DNA from: an uncultured Paenibacillaceae bacterium
GTDB taxonomy: Bacteria > Bacillota > Bacilli > Paenibacillales > CALAME01
Assembly (NCBI GenBank): GCA_937983035.1
Contig: CALKAN010000050.1
Coordinates: 1-46,429, forward strand
DNA length: 46,429 nt
Direction: 5' to 3'
Part shown: positions 27,817 to 39,131 of the stretch, one piece after another
Layout: every line of letters starts with the position of its first letter
Numbering within the stretch: the first letter of the stretch is position 1
Made by a program: the position numbers and the translations under genes
The notes under the pieces: model-generated
The model's database searches: none
What the model was told of the DNA's origin: nothing
Seen by the model: only the letters and a program-made list of their open reading frames with translations

Positions 27817-27829
27817 TGGAGGTGAAAAC

Positions 27830-28699
27830 ATGGCAAAAGGGATTCTCGAAATCAGACGCCAAATCCGCAGCGTTCAAAATACGAAACAAATTACAAAGGC
27901 GATGGAAATGGTTGCTGCCGCGAAACTGAGAAAAGCTCAGAATCAGGCAGAGTCAGCGAGGCCGTATGCGGAAAAGTTAAAAGAAGTCATCTCGAATATC
28001 GCCGCATCAACGACTGATATTTCTCATCCGATGCTGGAAACGCGCGAAGTAAAGAGAACAGCGTATATTGTCATTACGTCTGACAGCGGACTTGCCGGCG
28101 GTTATAATGCGAACTTGTTGAGAATGCTTATGGACTTGCTTCAAAACCATCAAAGCTCGGACGAATATGAAATTTTCGTCATCGGCCGCAAAGGGCGCGA
28201 TTTCTTCAAGAAGCGGGGCATGAAAGTATTGGGAGAACTGACGGGCATCCCCGATTCTCCAGAATTTGCGGATATTCAAGCCATTTCTTCAAAGGCTGTT
28301 GAATTATACGCAAATGAAGAAGTTGACGAGATTTATTTGGTTTACAATGAATTCATAAATCCGATCGTGCAGAGGCCGGTATCCAAAAAGCTGCTGCCGC
28401 TCGCGGACATGTCAAATGAAAGCAGCCAAAGCGGTCCTGGCGCATTGTACGAATATGAGCCGTCCGCAGAAGCCGTTTTGGAAGTGCTTCTTCCGAAATA
28501 TGCGGAAACATTGGTTTACAGCGCGATTATCGAAGCGAAAGCAAGTGAATTTGGAGCCCGCATGAATGCCATGGGCAATGCAACGAATAATGCGACCGAA
28601 TTAATTTCGGAATTAACATTGCAATATAACCGAGCAAGACAGGCGGCAATTACGCAAGAAATTACAGAAATTGTCGCTGGCGCGAATGCGTTGAGCTAG
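27830..28699 (+). CDS. atpG: F0F1 ATP synthase subunit gamma
   Basis: 289 aa starting IRRQIRSVQNTKQITKAMEMVAAAKLRKAQ and ending ITQEITEIVAGANAL. GGAGGTG SD. Confidence 0.96.
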   Translation: MAKGILEIRRQIRSVQNTKQITKAMEMVAAAKLRKAQNQAESARPYAEKLKEVISNIAASTTDISHPMLETREVKRTAYIVITSDSGLAGGYNANLLRMLMDLLQNHQSSDEYEIFVIGRKGRDFFKKRGMKVLGELTGIPDSPEFADIQAISSKAVELYANEEVDEIYLVYNEFINPIVQRPVSKKLLPLADMSNESSQSGPGALYEYEPSAEAVLEVLLPKYAETLVYSAIIEAKASEFGARMNAMGNATNNATELISELTLQYNRARQAAITQEITEIVAGANALS

Positions 28700-28712
28700 G
28701 TTGAATTTTTAA

Positions 28713-30173
<1,461 letters not shown>

Positions 30174-30221
30174 TGGCTTTCGAATACAGTTTCGTCACGA
30201 AACTTGCAGGAGGAATTGCTC

Positions 30222-30620
30222 GTGAGTAAAATGTTATTGGAAATCGTTACGCCGGATCGGAAAGTGTACGAAGAGGAAGTCAGAATGGTCATCGCAAAAG
30301 GAGTAGAAGGGGAACTGGGGATTTTGCCGAATCATATCCCCTTCGTAACAGCTTTAGACATTGCCCCCTTCATTGCAAGAACAGATTCGGGAGAGCGCAA
30401 AATTGCTGTAAACGGCGGCTTTCTTGAAGTACGGAAAGACAAAGTCGTCGTTCTTGCAGATTCGGCTGAGCTGCCTGAATCCATCGATAAGGAACGGGCG
30501 CTGGCTGCCAAAGAACGCGCCGAACAGCGCTTGAAACAGCAAAAGCTGGACGAGATCGACATTCTTCGTGCAAAAAGAGCACTGCAACGAGCGCTTAACC
30601 GTCTTAATCTTGTGCAATAG
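30222..30620 (+). CDS. atpC: F0F1 ATP synthase subunit epsilon
   Basis: ORF 30204..30620 trimmed to the GVG-free GTG at 30222 (AGGAGG plus 8 nt), giving 132 aa. It reads LEIVTPDRKVYEEEV...GILPNHIP and ends with a C-terminal helical hairpin. Confidence 0.92.
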   Translation: MSKMLLEIVTPDRKVYEEEVRMVIAKGVEGELGILPNHIPFVTALDIAPFIARTDSGERKIAVNGGFLEVRKDKVVVLADSAELPESIDKERALAAKERAEQRLKQQKLDEIDILRAKRALQRALNRLNLVQ

Positions 30621-30643
30621 TTCATGATGCGTCATGATTGTGA

Positions 30644-30687
30644 AAAAACCTTTCATTGAGAAATCAGTGAAAGGTTTTTTCTTTTTG
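30644..30687 (+). terminator. Intrinsic terminator of the atp operon
   Basis: AAAAACCTTTCA (30644-30655) pairs with TGAAAGGTTTTT (30668-30679), followed by TCTTTTTGG. Confidence 0.85.
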
Positions 30688-30805
30688 GCCGGTTTTGTTT
30701 TGGTCTTTGCATTTAAATTGAAATAGAAGAAGGGAATTAATTGAAGGTGACGAATCATAGATATAGAGTAAGCGTTTTAATAAAATATACGACAGGCCAG
30801 GGGGG

Positions 30806-31174
30806 ATGAGATTGGAATACGAAGTCAATTATGTCATTGTCGCATTGTTTATCTCGATCGGCATATTGCTTCCGGCAATCGCTCTTTCGATTGGCCGATG
30901 GCTCAGGCCGCACCGTCCGCTTGATGAAAAACTGACGACGTATGAAAGCGGCAATGAGCCGGTTGGAATAGGTCAAATTCGATACAATATTCGCTATTAT
31001 TTATTTGCTCTCATGTTTGTCATTTTTGACGTTGAAGCGGTTTTTCTGTATCCGTGGGCGGTTGCATACCGTAAACTTGGCTTGTTCGCTTTGGTTGAAA
31101 TGCTCATTTTTGTATCTTTGTTGCTCATCGGATTGCTATATGCGTGGAAAAAGAAGGTGCTGCAATGGAACTGA
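30806..31174 (+). CDS. nuoA: NADH-quinone oxidoreductase subunit A
   Basis: 122 aa with 3 TM segments and the conserved YESG and FDVE motifs. The ATG directly abuts a G-run SD, so the TTG at 30812 is an alternative start. Confidence 0.9.
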   Translation: MRLEYEVNYVIVALFISIGILLPAIALSIGRWLRPHRPLDEKLTTYESGNEPVGIGQIRYNIRYYLFALMFVIFDVEAVFLYPWAVAYRKLGLFALVEMLIFVSLLLIGLLYAWKKKVLQWN

Positions 31175-31683
31175 ATTTAAATTCTATTACGCAGGATGAA
31201 CGAATTCAGTTGGAACGAAATGTGTTTTTTACGACGTTGGAACAGATTAAAGGATGGGCCAGGAGCAATTCCATTTGGCCGATGACATTTGGGTTGGCTT
31301 GCTGCGCGATTGAAATGATGGGAACAGGCGCTCCGCACTATGATTTGGATCGATTCGGCGTTATGTTTCGTCCTTCTCCGCGGCAATCGGATTGCATGAT
31401 CGTCGCTGGAACCGTTACCAAGAAGATGGGTCCGCTGCTCCGAAGATTGTACGACCAGATGCCGGAACCTAAGTATGTCATTGCCATGGGATCTTGCGCA
31501 ACAGCTGGAGGCCCTTACGTTCGGTCTTATTCAGTGATTAAAGGCGTCGATCAGATCGTCCCCGTCGACGTATACATTCCCGGATGCCCGCCGAACCCTG
31601 CTGCCTTAATATACGGGATTAACAAATTGCAGGAAAAGATCCGCTATGAAGCAAAGACGGGAAAGCGGGTGACAAGTTCATGA
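31165..31683 (+). CDS. nuoB: NADH-quinone oxidoreductase subunit B
   Basis: ORF trimmed to the ATG at 31165, giving 172 aa. The N2 cluster ligands are in [14 protein letters not shown] and PGCPP. Confidence 0.94.
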   Translation: MELNLNSITQDERIQLERNVFFTTLEQIKGWARSNSIWPMTFGLACCAIEMMGTGAPHYDLDRFGVMFRPSPRQSDCMIVAGTVTKKMGPLLRRLYDQMPEPKYVIAMGSCATAGGPYVRSYSVIKGVDQIVPVDVYIPGCPPNPAALIYGINKLQEKIRYEAKTGKRVTSS

Positions 31684-32192
31684 GCGATGTCAATCAGGAA
31701 AGCACGGAACGCCTTGACGAGCAGGCGAGGCTGGAAATTTGCGTCCGCATCTTGGAAGAGGAAGTTTCTAAACAAGCGGTTGAACATGCTGAAATCAATC
31801 CATTAAGCTTATCGATGCCTACGTTGATCATTAGCAAACAGCATTGGTACAGATGTGCAGAAGTGTTGAAAAATCATGAGCAACTGAATTTGACTTATTT
31901 GCGCAGCATGGCCGGGGCGGATTTGGAAACGCATATGGAAGTCATTTATCACGTAACGTGCATTGAACGGAACACAGATTATTGCTTTAAAGTGAAGACC
32001 GATCGAGACACGCCTTCTGTTCCTTCCGTAACTTCGATATGGCCGGCGGCAAATTGGAATGAGCGGGAAATTTATGATCTGCTGGGCATTCAATTTCCAG
32101 GACACCCGAACTTGAAGCGGATCATGATGCCGGATGATTGGGAAGGACATCCGCTGCGCAAAGATTACGAGCCGCTCGATCCGGAGGTGTAG
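31680..32192 (+). CDS. nuoC: NADH-quinone oxidoreductase subunit C
   Basis: 170 aa with the conserved [18 protein letters not shown] motif. The start overlaps the nuoB stop. Confidence 0.92.
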   Translation: MSDVNQESTERLDEQARLEICVRILEEEVSKQAVEHAEINPLSLSMPTLIISKQHWYRCAEVLKNHEQLNLTYLRSMAGADLETHMEVIYHVTCIERNTDYCFKVKTDRDTPSVPSVTSIWPAANWNEREIYDLLGIQFPGHPNLKRIMMPDDWEGHPLRKDYEPLDPEV

Positions 32193-32196
32193 CGAA

Positions 32197-33297
32197 GTGG
32201 CCAGAACAGAAGAACTTTTATTGAATGTCGGTCCGCAGCATCCGAGCACGCATGGCGTATTCCGCTTGATTGTCAAACTGGACGGCGAGGTGATCACACA
32301 TGCGGAGCCTGTGATGGGGTATTTACATAGAGGAACGGAAAAGCTGGCGGAGGAACTGACTTATACGCAAATTATCCCTTACACCGATCGCATGGATTAT
32401 GTATCGGCGATGACGAACAATTACATCCTTTGCCATGCGGTAGAAACGATGATGGGCATTGAAGTTCCGGAAAGAGCCGAATATTTGCGCGTCATTGCGA
32501 TGGAATTGCAGCGAATCGCCAGCCATTTGGTATGGTGGGGAACTTATTTGTTGGACATCGGAGCGATGAGTCCGTTTTTATACGCGTTTCGCGAAAGGGA
32601 AATGATCATTAATTTGTTTAACGAATTGTGCGGTGCAAGACTCACTTATTTTTACATGCGCGTAGGCGGCGTGAAATGGGATGCTCCGGAAGGATGGTTG
32701 GATAAAGTCCGCAATTTTATTCCGTACATGCGTGAAAAGTTGGAGGAATACGATCAACTCGTCAGCGGGAATGAAATTTTTCTTTCAAGAGTGAAAGGCA
32801 TTGGGAAATATGATGCCGAGACTGCGATTGCATACGGGTTAAGCGGTGCGAATTTGCGCTGCACGGGCGTGAAACGGGATTTGAGAAAGGATCAGCCGTA
32901 CAGCATTTATGACCGTTTTACATTCGATGTTCCAGTTCGGGAGGAAGGCGATTGTTATGCGCGTTATCTCATCCGAATGGAGGAAATGCGACAAAGTTTG
33001 AACATTTTGGAACAAGCGTTGGAGCAAATGCCTGATGACGGTGATATTATGGCCAAAATCCCCCGCGTCATAAGGCCTCCGGAAGGGGAAGCTTATGTCG
33101 GCATTGAATCGCCGCGCGGAGAAATAGGCTGTTACTTAATATCGCGGAACAAGCCGCAGCCATATCGGTTGAAGTTCAGAAGGCCTTCTTTTTTCAATTT
33201 GCAAATATTGCCTGAACTTCTCAAAGGGGAATCGATGACGAATCTCATTGCGATTTTAGGCGGAATAGACATTGTTGTCGGGGAGGTCGACTGTTGA
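32197..33297 (+). CDS. nuoD: NADH-quinone oxidoreductase subunit D
   Basis: ORF 32134..33297 trimmed to the GTG at 32197 (GGAGGTG plus 7 nt), giving 366 aa. It reads LNVGPQHPSTHGVFRL and ends with the C-terminal IDIVVGEVD motif. Confidence 0.95.
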   Translation: MARTEELLLNVGPQHPSTHGVFRLIVKLDGEVITHAEPVMGYLHRGTEKLAEELTYTQIIPYTDRMDYVSAMTNNYILCHAVETMMGIEVPERAEYLRVIAMELQRIASHLVWWGTYLLDIGAMSPFLYAFREREMIINLFNELCGARLTYFYMRVGGVKWDAPEGWLDKVRNFIPYMREKLEEYDQLVSGNEIFLSRVKGIGKYDAETAIAYGLSGANLRCTGVKRDLRKDQPYSIYDRFTFDVPVREEGDCYARYLIRMEEMRQSLNILEQALEQMPDDGDIMAKIPRVIRPPEGEAYVGIESPRGEIGCYLISRNKPQPYRLKFRRPSFFNLQILPELLKGESMTNLIAILGGIDIVVGEVDC

Positions 33298-34304
33298 TGA
33301 CCAATTGGTTTGAGGGAAGCTTGACGTGGGGGATTTTTGCAATGTTTGCCATTTGGGTCATCGTTTTGCTTCTCATTGTTTTAGGTTTCGTGACTTATGC
33401 GATCTATTATGAACGCAAAGTCATCGGGTGGATGCAAGGGAGATACGGGCCGAACCGCGTTGGTCCGTTCGGTCTTTTGCAAACGGTGGCCGATATATTG
33501 AAGCTGCTGATGAAAGAAGATACGATCCCTGCCAAAGCAGATCGCGTCTTGTTCAAATTGGCGCCTGTCATCGCTTTCGTGCCGTCTTTTGCGGTATTGG
33601 CCGTAATCCCGTATACGGAAACGCTCGTGTTCGCGAATTTGAATGTCGGCTTGCTTTACTTCGCTGCCTTGTCCAGCATTTCTACGATCGGAATTTTGCT
33701 GGGAGGATGGGCATCTAACAACAAGTATGCGCTGCTTGGCGGCATGCGCTCCGGGGCGCAAATGATCAGTTACGAAATCCCATTGATCATATCTGTGGCA
33801 GGCGTAATTTTGATGAGCGGCAGTTTAAATTTGGGGGATATTGTAAAGGCGCAGGGAAACGGATTTTGGCAGTGGAATTTCATTCCTCAAATCATTGGCT
33901 TCAGCGTGTTTATCGTTGCATCGATCGCGGAATTAAACCGCACTCCTTTTGATTTGCCGGAGGCAGAATCAGAATTAGTCGCAGGTTATCACGTGGAATA
34001 CAGCGGATTTCGGTTTGCTTTTTTCATGCTCGCTGAGTATGTCTACGTCTATGCGATCGCTTCTTTGACCACTGTATTGTTTCTCGGCGGCTGGAAACCG
34101 CTGTTTCCTTTTCTCGATTTCATCCCGGGCATCATTTGGTTCATCATTAAGTTCTTATTTGTCGTATTTTGCTTATTCTGGCTTAGGGCAACGCTTCCAA
34201 GAATGAGGATCGATCAACTGATGGGACTCGGCTGGAAGGTGCTGCTTCCTTTATCGTTGGCGAATTTGTTTATTACCGCTGTCGTCATGGAATGGTTTCG
34301 ATAA
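33294..34304 (+). CDS. nuoH: NADH-quinone oxidoreductase subunit H
   Basis: 336-aa polytopic membrane protein with motifs ERKV.G.MQ.R.GPN and AELNRTPFDLPEAESELVAGY. The start overlaps the nuoD stop. Confidence 0.95.
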   Translation: MMTNWFEGSLTWGIFAMFAIWVIVLLLIVLGFVTYAIYYERKVIGWMQGRYGPNRVGPFGLLQTVADILKLLMKEDTIPAKADRVLFKLAPVIAFVPSFAVLAVIPYTETLVFANLNVGLLYFAALSSISTIGILLGGWASNNKYALLGGMRSGAQMISYEIPLIISVAGVILMSGSLNLGDIVKAQGNGFWQWNFIPQIIGFSVFIVASIAELNRTPFDLPEAESELVAGYHVEYSGFRFAFFMLAEYVYVYAIASLTTVLFLGGWKPLFPFLDFIPGIIWFIIKFLFVVFCLFWLRATLPRMRIDQLMGLGWKVLLPLSLANLFITAVVMEWFR

Positions 34305-34337
34305 TTTCAGCTGGCAGCTGCGATCAGAGGTGAGAAA

Positions 34338-34787
34338 ATGAAGGGAATCGCAAAAGGACTCGGAGTCACACTGAAAAACTTAACACGGAAGAAAGTCACC
34401 TACGCTTATCCCGACGAGCCGATAGAGATGCCGGACCGCTTTCGCGGCGTTCAACATTTCATTCCGGAAAAATGCATCGTGTGCAATCAGTGTGCGGTCG
34501 TTTGCCCGACGCAATGCATCAGTTTAACAGGAAAGCCAAACCCGGACCCAACAAAAAAAGTGAAATTGATCGATACGTTTGACATTAATTTTGAAATTTG
34601 CATTTTGTGCGATTTGTGCACGGAAGTATGTCCGACCGAAGCAATCGTGATGACTCACAATTTTGAATTGGCGTCATACAGCAGAGATGAACTGTTCATG
34701 GACAAAGAATGGCTGCAAGCGAATAACAAGAAGGTTAGGAAGGAAAATTTAGTCAAGCCCTCCAGAGTGAAAAAGGGGGTGAAGTAA
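34338..34787 (+). CDS. nuoI: NADH-quinone oxidoreductase subunit I
   Basis: 149 aa with two 4Fe-4S ferredoxin motifs, CIVCNQCAVVCP and CILCDLCTEVCP. Confidence 0.94.
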   Translation: MKGIAKGLGVTLKNLTRKKVTYAYPDEPIEMPDRFRGVQHFIPEKCIVCNQCAVVCPTQCISLTGKPNPDPTKKVKLIDTFDINFEICILCDLCTEVCPTEAIVMTHNFELASYSRDELFMDKEWLQANNKKVRKENLVKPSRVKKGVK

Positions 34788-34792
34788 AAGCG

Positions 34793-35314
34793 ATGAGCAG
34801 CATCACCCAATTTTTCAGCAGTTCGGAACATGTCATTTTTTTCGTCTTGGCATTAGGAGCAATCAGCGGAGCTGTCTTTATGATTACACTATCGAAACTT
34901 GTGCATATGATTTTATCGTTGGCGGTGACATTTCTCAGCTTAGCCGGTCTATATGTATTATTGAATGCAGAGTTCGTCGCTTTTGCTCAAGTGTTGATCT
35001 ATGCCGGTGCGGTAACGATTTTGATGATGTTTGGCATCATGCTGACAAAACATGAAGACGCCGAAGACAAGGCGAAGCGGCCGCGGCACCGAATGTTGCT
35101 GGGCGTGAGCATCACGCTGCTTTTTGCCGTCTTATTTCTAGCCATCCAACAACTGTCATTGCCAGCGCAAGACGCCTTGCAAGCAGACAACAACACGGAG
35201 GCGATCGGTGAACAATTGTTTACATTGCATGTCATCCCGTTTGAGCTTGTCTCCTTGCTCTTGACCGTTGCATTTATCGGTTCGATTATCGTGGCCAAGA
35301 AGGAGGCAGAGTAA
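34793..35314 (+). CDS. nuoJ: NADH-quinone oxidoreductase subunit J
   Basis: 173-aa hydrophobic protein with the conserved [14 protein letters not shown] motif. Confidence 0.9.
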   Translation: MSSITQFFSSSEHVIFFVLALGAISGAVFMITLSKLVHMILSLAVTFLSLAGLYVLLNAEFVAFAQVLIYAGAVTILMMFGIMLTKHEDAEDKAKRPRHRMLLGVSITLLFAVLFLAIQQLSLPAQDALQADNNTEAIGEQLFTLHVIPFELVSLLLTVAFIGSIIVAKKEAE

Positions 35315-35315
35315 G

Positions 35316-35627
35316 ATGAGCGGCATTTTAACTTCGTATTTGACGCTGGCAGCGATTTTGTTTTGCATCGGCCTGTACGGCGCTTTGTCCAAAAGGAATG
35401 CAGTGATTGTGTTGTTGTCGATCGAACTGATGCTTGCCGCAGTCAGCTTGAATTTGATCGCGTTTGCAAAGTACGGAATGAATCCATCCATCACAGGACA
35501 AATATTTTCTCTGTTTATTATTACAGTGGCTGCAGCAGAAGCAGCGGTTGGGGTCGCTTTGCTGATCGCCTATTTCCGCAACAAAGGTTCTTCGGATGTG
35601 ACAGATATGGATGATTTGAAACAATGA
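35316..35627 (+). CDS. nuoK: NADH-quinone oxidoreductase subunit K
   Basis: ORF 35268..35627 trimmed to the ATG at 35316 (AAGGAGG plus 8 nt), giving 103 aa with 3 TM segments. The conserved Glu residues are in LLSIELML and AAAEAAVG. Confidence 0.92.
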   Translation: MSGILTSYLTLAAILFCIGLYGALSKRNAVIVLLSIELMLAAVSLNLIAFAKYGMNPSITGQIFSLFIITVAAAEAAVGVALLIAYFRNKGSSDVTDMDDLKQ

Positions 35628-35655
35628 TGCCGATTGGAAGGAGGCAGAGACTCCC

Positions 35656-37551
35656 ATGGAATCTGTGTATTCCCCTTATGCATGGCTGATATTGCTTTTT
35701 CCGTTTGTTGCGTTTGTGCTTCTTATCGCTTTTGGCAGACAGCTGCACAGACTCAGTCCTTGGATCGGCACGTTTGCAGCTTTCGCTTCATTCGTCATTG
35801 CCGCATTGTTGTTCGGTGAGCGAATCGCATATGATGTGCCCGATTATTCATGGGCGGAATTCCGCTGGCTGAACGCGGGCGAAGCTTCGTTTCAGTTCGG
35901 ATTTGAAGTCAATGCGTTAACTGCGTTCATGCTGTTTATCGTTGCTTTGGTCGCTCTGGCAGTCAATGTATATTCGGCAGGTTATATGAAAAGCGATGAG
36001 AGGTTGTCCGCATTTTATTGTTACTTGGCATTGTTTTCATTTGCCATGCTCGGACTCGTTCTGTCGGAAAATTTGTTGCAGCTGTTTATTTTTTGGGAAT
36101 TAGTCGGGGTCAGCTCATTTCTGCTCATCGGCTTTTGGTTTGTGAAACCGGAGGCGAAAGCCGCAGCAAAAAAAGCATTTATTATTACCCGAATCGGCGA
36201 CGTTGCTCTGTTTATAGCCATCTGGGTGCTGTTTTGGCGCATGCCGGGTCACGGACTCGGATTTACTTCCATACATAATGCTTTTCACACGAATGTCATT
36301 TCAGCAGAAGCGGCAAGCTGGATTGCCCTCCTCATTTTTATCGGCGCGATGGGTAAATCCGCTCAATTTCCATTGTTTACTTGGCTGCCTGATGCGATGA
36401 CTGGACCGACGCCGATCAGCGCTTTGATTCATGCTGCTACGATGGTGGCGGCCGGCGTATTTTTGGTTGCGCGCACATATGACGTATTTTTGGCAGCTCC
36501 TGCAGTATTGGATGCAGTGTTGTGGATCGGTATCATCACGGCGCTGTTGGCGGCGGTCATCGCAGCTGTGCAAACAGACGTGAAGCGGGTGCTTGCTTTT
36601 TCAACAGTTAGTCAGCTTGGATTCATGATGACGGCGCTGGGCGTCGGCACATGGGCCGCATATGCATCAGGTTTGTTCCATTTGCACACGCACGCGTTTT
36701 TCAAAGCTCTGCTTTTTTTAGGTGCCGGAAGCATCATTCATGTGCTGGGCGAACAGGACATCGGACGGATCAATGGCGCGGGTCACACCATGCGCATTAC
36801 GAAATGGACATTTGCCGTCGGCGCGCTTGCGTTGTCTGGATTGTTTCCATTTGCTGGTTTTTGGTCGAAGGAAGCCATTTTAGCGGAAGTTTGGAATCGA
36901 AGCGTCACGCTGTTTGCTGTCAGTATCGTTCTGACCGCTTTAACCGCATTTTATATGTCCCGCCTTTATTTTTATCTGTTTTCCAAGAATCGCAGCCGTC
37001 AAACGAGCTCTTCAGCCAAAGAATCACCTTGGACGATGACCATTCCGATGATTGGCTTGGCAGTGCTGTCCGTCACGGCCGGATTGATCCATATGCCTCA
37101 CCTGCCATGGCTCGGAGAATGGCTGACAGGGCTGTCTTTTGACACGGATCTGCATGTGATGATCATGATTGCTTCCAATTTGTCCGCGCTCATTGGAATC
37201 GGGATTGGATATTTGTTGTACGGCAGAACCGGTCAGCAAGCGGAAGATGCAGCGTCCTCATCCAGATGGCGGCGTTTGATTTACCATCAATTTTATATCG
37301 ATGACATTTATGCATGGTTGTTCGTTAAACCGCTGCGAGGAGCGGGTCTGCTTTTGCGCTGGTTTGATCGAGTGATGATCAGCGGCGCCGTGCATGGGAC
37401 AGCTGCGCTCATATCAGCTGTCGGGAGAGGGGCTGCACGATTGCAGCACGGGCAATTGCAAGGCTATGGACTTGTTTTTCTGATTGGTGCCGTCATTTTA
37501 GCTGCCATTTTATTTATGGTTGCGGGAAGGAGCTATTTCCATGTTGGGTAA
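35656..37551 (+). CDS. nuoL: NADH-quinone oxidoreductase subunit L
   Basis: 631-aa Mrp-antiporter-like subunit with motifs FWELVGVSSFLLIGFW, GKSAQFPLFTWLPDAM and SALIHAATMV. Confidence 0.95.
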   Translation: MESVYSPYAWLILLFPFVAFVLLIAFGRQLHRLSPWIGTFAAFASFVIAALLFGERIAYDVPDYSWAEFRWLNAGEASFQFGFEVNALTAFMLFIVALVALAVNVYSAGYMKSDERLSAFYCYLALFSFAMLGLVLSENLLQLFIFWELVGVSSFLLIGFWFVKPEAKAAAKKAFIITRIGDVALFIAIWVLFWRMPGHGLGFTSIHNAFHTNVISAEAASWIALLIFIGAMGKSAQFPLFTWLPDAMTGPTPISALIHAATMVAAGVFLVARTYDVFLAAPAVLDAVLWIGIITALLAAVIAAVQTDVKRVLAFSTVSQLGFMMTALGVGTWAAYASGLFHLHTHAFFKALLFLGAGSIIHVLGEQDIGRINGAGHTMRITKWTFAVGALALSGLFPFAGFWSKEAILAEVWNRSVTLFAVSIVLTALTAFYMSRLYFYLFSKNRSRQTSSSAKESPWTMTIPMIGLAVLSVTAGLIHMPHLPWLGEWLTGLSFDTDLHVMIMIASNLSALIGIGIGYLLYGRTGQQAEDAASSSRWRRLIYHQFYIDDIYAWLFVKPLRGAGLLLRWFDRVMISGAVHGTAALISAVGRGAARLQHGQLQGYGLVFLIGAVILAAILFMVAGRSYFHVG

Positions 37552-39127
37552 CATTCCGATTTTATCGTTGTTATTGTTCTCCCCGTTGCTTGGCATTGTC
37601 GTGTTGCTCTTTATGCCTGCAAATAAAGGAAATTGGATTAAAAAAGCAGCCATCGCTGCTTCACTCCTCCCTCTCTTGCTTGCTTTATGGCTGTTTGCTT
37701 CCATGGATCATGATCATCAAGGATTCCAATTTGAGGAACAGGCGCTGTGGGTTGAAATACCTTTGGATGGTTCAGCCTCATCGATGCAAGGATATGCCGA
37801 ATACGCTTACCAGTTTTATTATCATTTAGGTGTTGACGGCATGTCGGCATCCTTGTTGCTTTTAACCGCATTGCTGACATTTCTGGCCGCGATGGCGGCA
37901 GTGCATGTCAAGAAACGATGGAAAGCTTTTTATATTTGGTTGTTTATTCTGGAAATCGGCATGCTCGGCGTATTTATGGCGCGGGATTTGTTCCTGTTCT
38001 TTGTCTGTTTTGAATTGACTTTGGTCCCCGCATATTTCTTGATCAGCATATGGGGGATGTCTGAGCGCGTAAAAACCGCCAATCGCTTCTTGATTTATAA
38101 CGGAATCGGATCGGCATTCATGCTGTTTGCTTTTATTTTGTTGATTCATGCGTGCGGGTTTCATGTCGTGGAACAAGGCCAGCAGCAATTTGCGTATTAC
38201 AGCGGATCATTGGATATCGTCATGAGCCATGTATTCGAAGGAAGCGGGCAAAGCGCTTCGCTTGTCTTAACAGAAGGGCTGAAAACTGCGATCATTTTGC
38301 TTTTGCTCATTGCATTTGGAATCAAATTGCCCCTGTTTCCTTTTCACACTTGGATGTTGCATGTGCACAAGGAAGCCCCTGTGCCGGTCGTCATGCTGCA
38401 TGCTGGAGTTATGCTGAAGATGGGGGCGTACGGCATCATTCGGTTTATCGTCTTTCTATTCCCTGATCGAGTAAGCGAAATGTCTTTGCTGATTGCAGTG
38501 CTGGGGCTGATCAACTTGTTATACGGGGCGGTTCTGGCTTTTGTTCAAACGGAGTTTCGTTTGCTGCTTGCTTACGCGAGCATCAGTCACATGGGAATCG
38601 TGATGCTCGGTCTTGCCTCGTTTAATGCGTCAGGACTTACGGGCGCGTTGTTTCAACTCATATCGCATGGACTGATTTCGGCATTGCTGTTTCTGATCAT
38701 AGGAAGCATTTATGAACGGACGGGGACGACTTCGATCGATCAACTTGGAGGCTTGGCAAAGCCGATGCCGTTTATAAGCGGCATGCTGCTTGCCGCAGGG
38801 CTGGCGCTTCTCGGCCTTCCGGGCATGTCAGGATTCGTCGGAGAGTTTCTCGCTTTTGCAGGATTGTTTAAACCGTATCCGCTGCTGGCTGTTGCTGCAG
38901 CTTTAGGCATTATACTGACGGCAGCTTACGTATTGCGGGGAATTATGGCTTTGACGCATGGTCCGCTGCGGGGCGCAGCTGGAAAGATTCGTGATGCAAG
39001 GTTTGTTGAGGCCGTTCCGATGATCGTATTGATGGCGTTTATATTGCTCTTGGGCGTTTATCCCGCGGTGCTTGGCGATTTGTTTCAAATTTCGCTGTAT
39101 CAAATTGTGACGCAGATAGGAGGTTAG
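37541..39127 (+). CDS. nuoM: NADH-quinone oxidoreductase subunit M
   Basis: ORF 37520..39127 trimmed to the ATG at 37541 (GGAAGGAG plus 8 nt), giving 528 aa. Antiporter-like motifs FELTLVPAYFLI and KLPLFPFHTWML are present. Confidence 0.94.
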   Translation: MLGNIPILSLLLFSPLLGIVVLLFMPANKGNWIKKAAIAASLLPLLLALWLFASMDHDHQGFQFEEQALWVEIPLDGSASSMQGYAEYAYQFYYHLGVDGMSASLLLLTALLTFLAAMAAVHVKKRWKAFYIWLFILEIGMLGVFMARDLFLFFVCFELTLVPAYFLISIWGMSERVKTANRFLIYNGIGSAFMLFAFILLIHACGFHVVEQGQQQFAYYSGSLDIVMSHVFEGSGQSASLVLTEGLKTAIILLLLIAFGIKLPLFPFHTWMLHVHKEAPVPVVMLHAGVMLKMGAYGIIRFIVFLFPDRVSEMSLLIAVLGLINLLYGAVLAFVQTEFRLLLAYASISHMGIVMLGLASFNASGLTGALFQLISHGLISALLFLIIGSIYERTGTTSIDQLGGLAKPMPFISGMLLAAGLALLGLPGMSGFVGEFLAFAGLFKPYPLLAVAAALGIILTAAYVLRGIMALTHGPLRGAAGKIRDARFVEAVPMIVLMAFILLLGVYPAVLGDLFQISLYQIVTQIGG

Positions 39128-39131
39128 TGCC

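Noticed and set aside
27726-27929. 67-aa + strand ORF starting inside the tandem repeat and overlapping the atpG start.
   Set aside because: It is out of frame with atpG, begins at a GTG inside a hairpin arm, and is made of repeat-derived sequence. It looks like an artefact of the repeat, although repeat-borne SD-like GAAGGAG motifs are noted in the findings.
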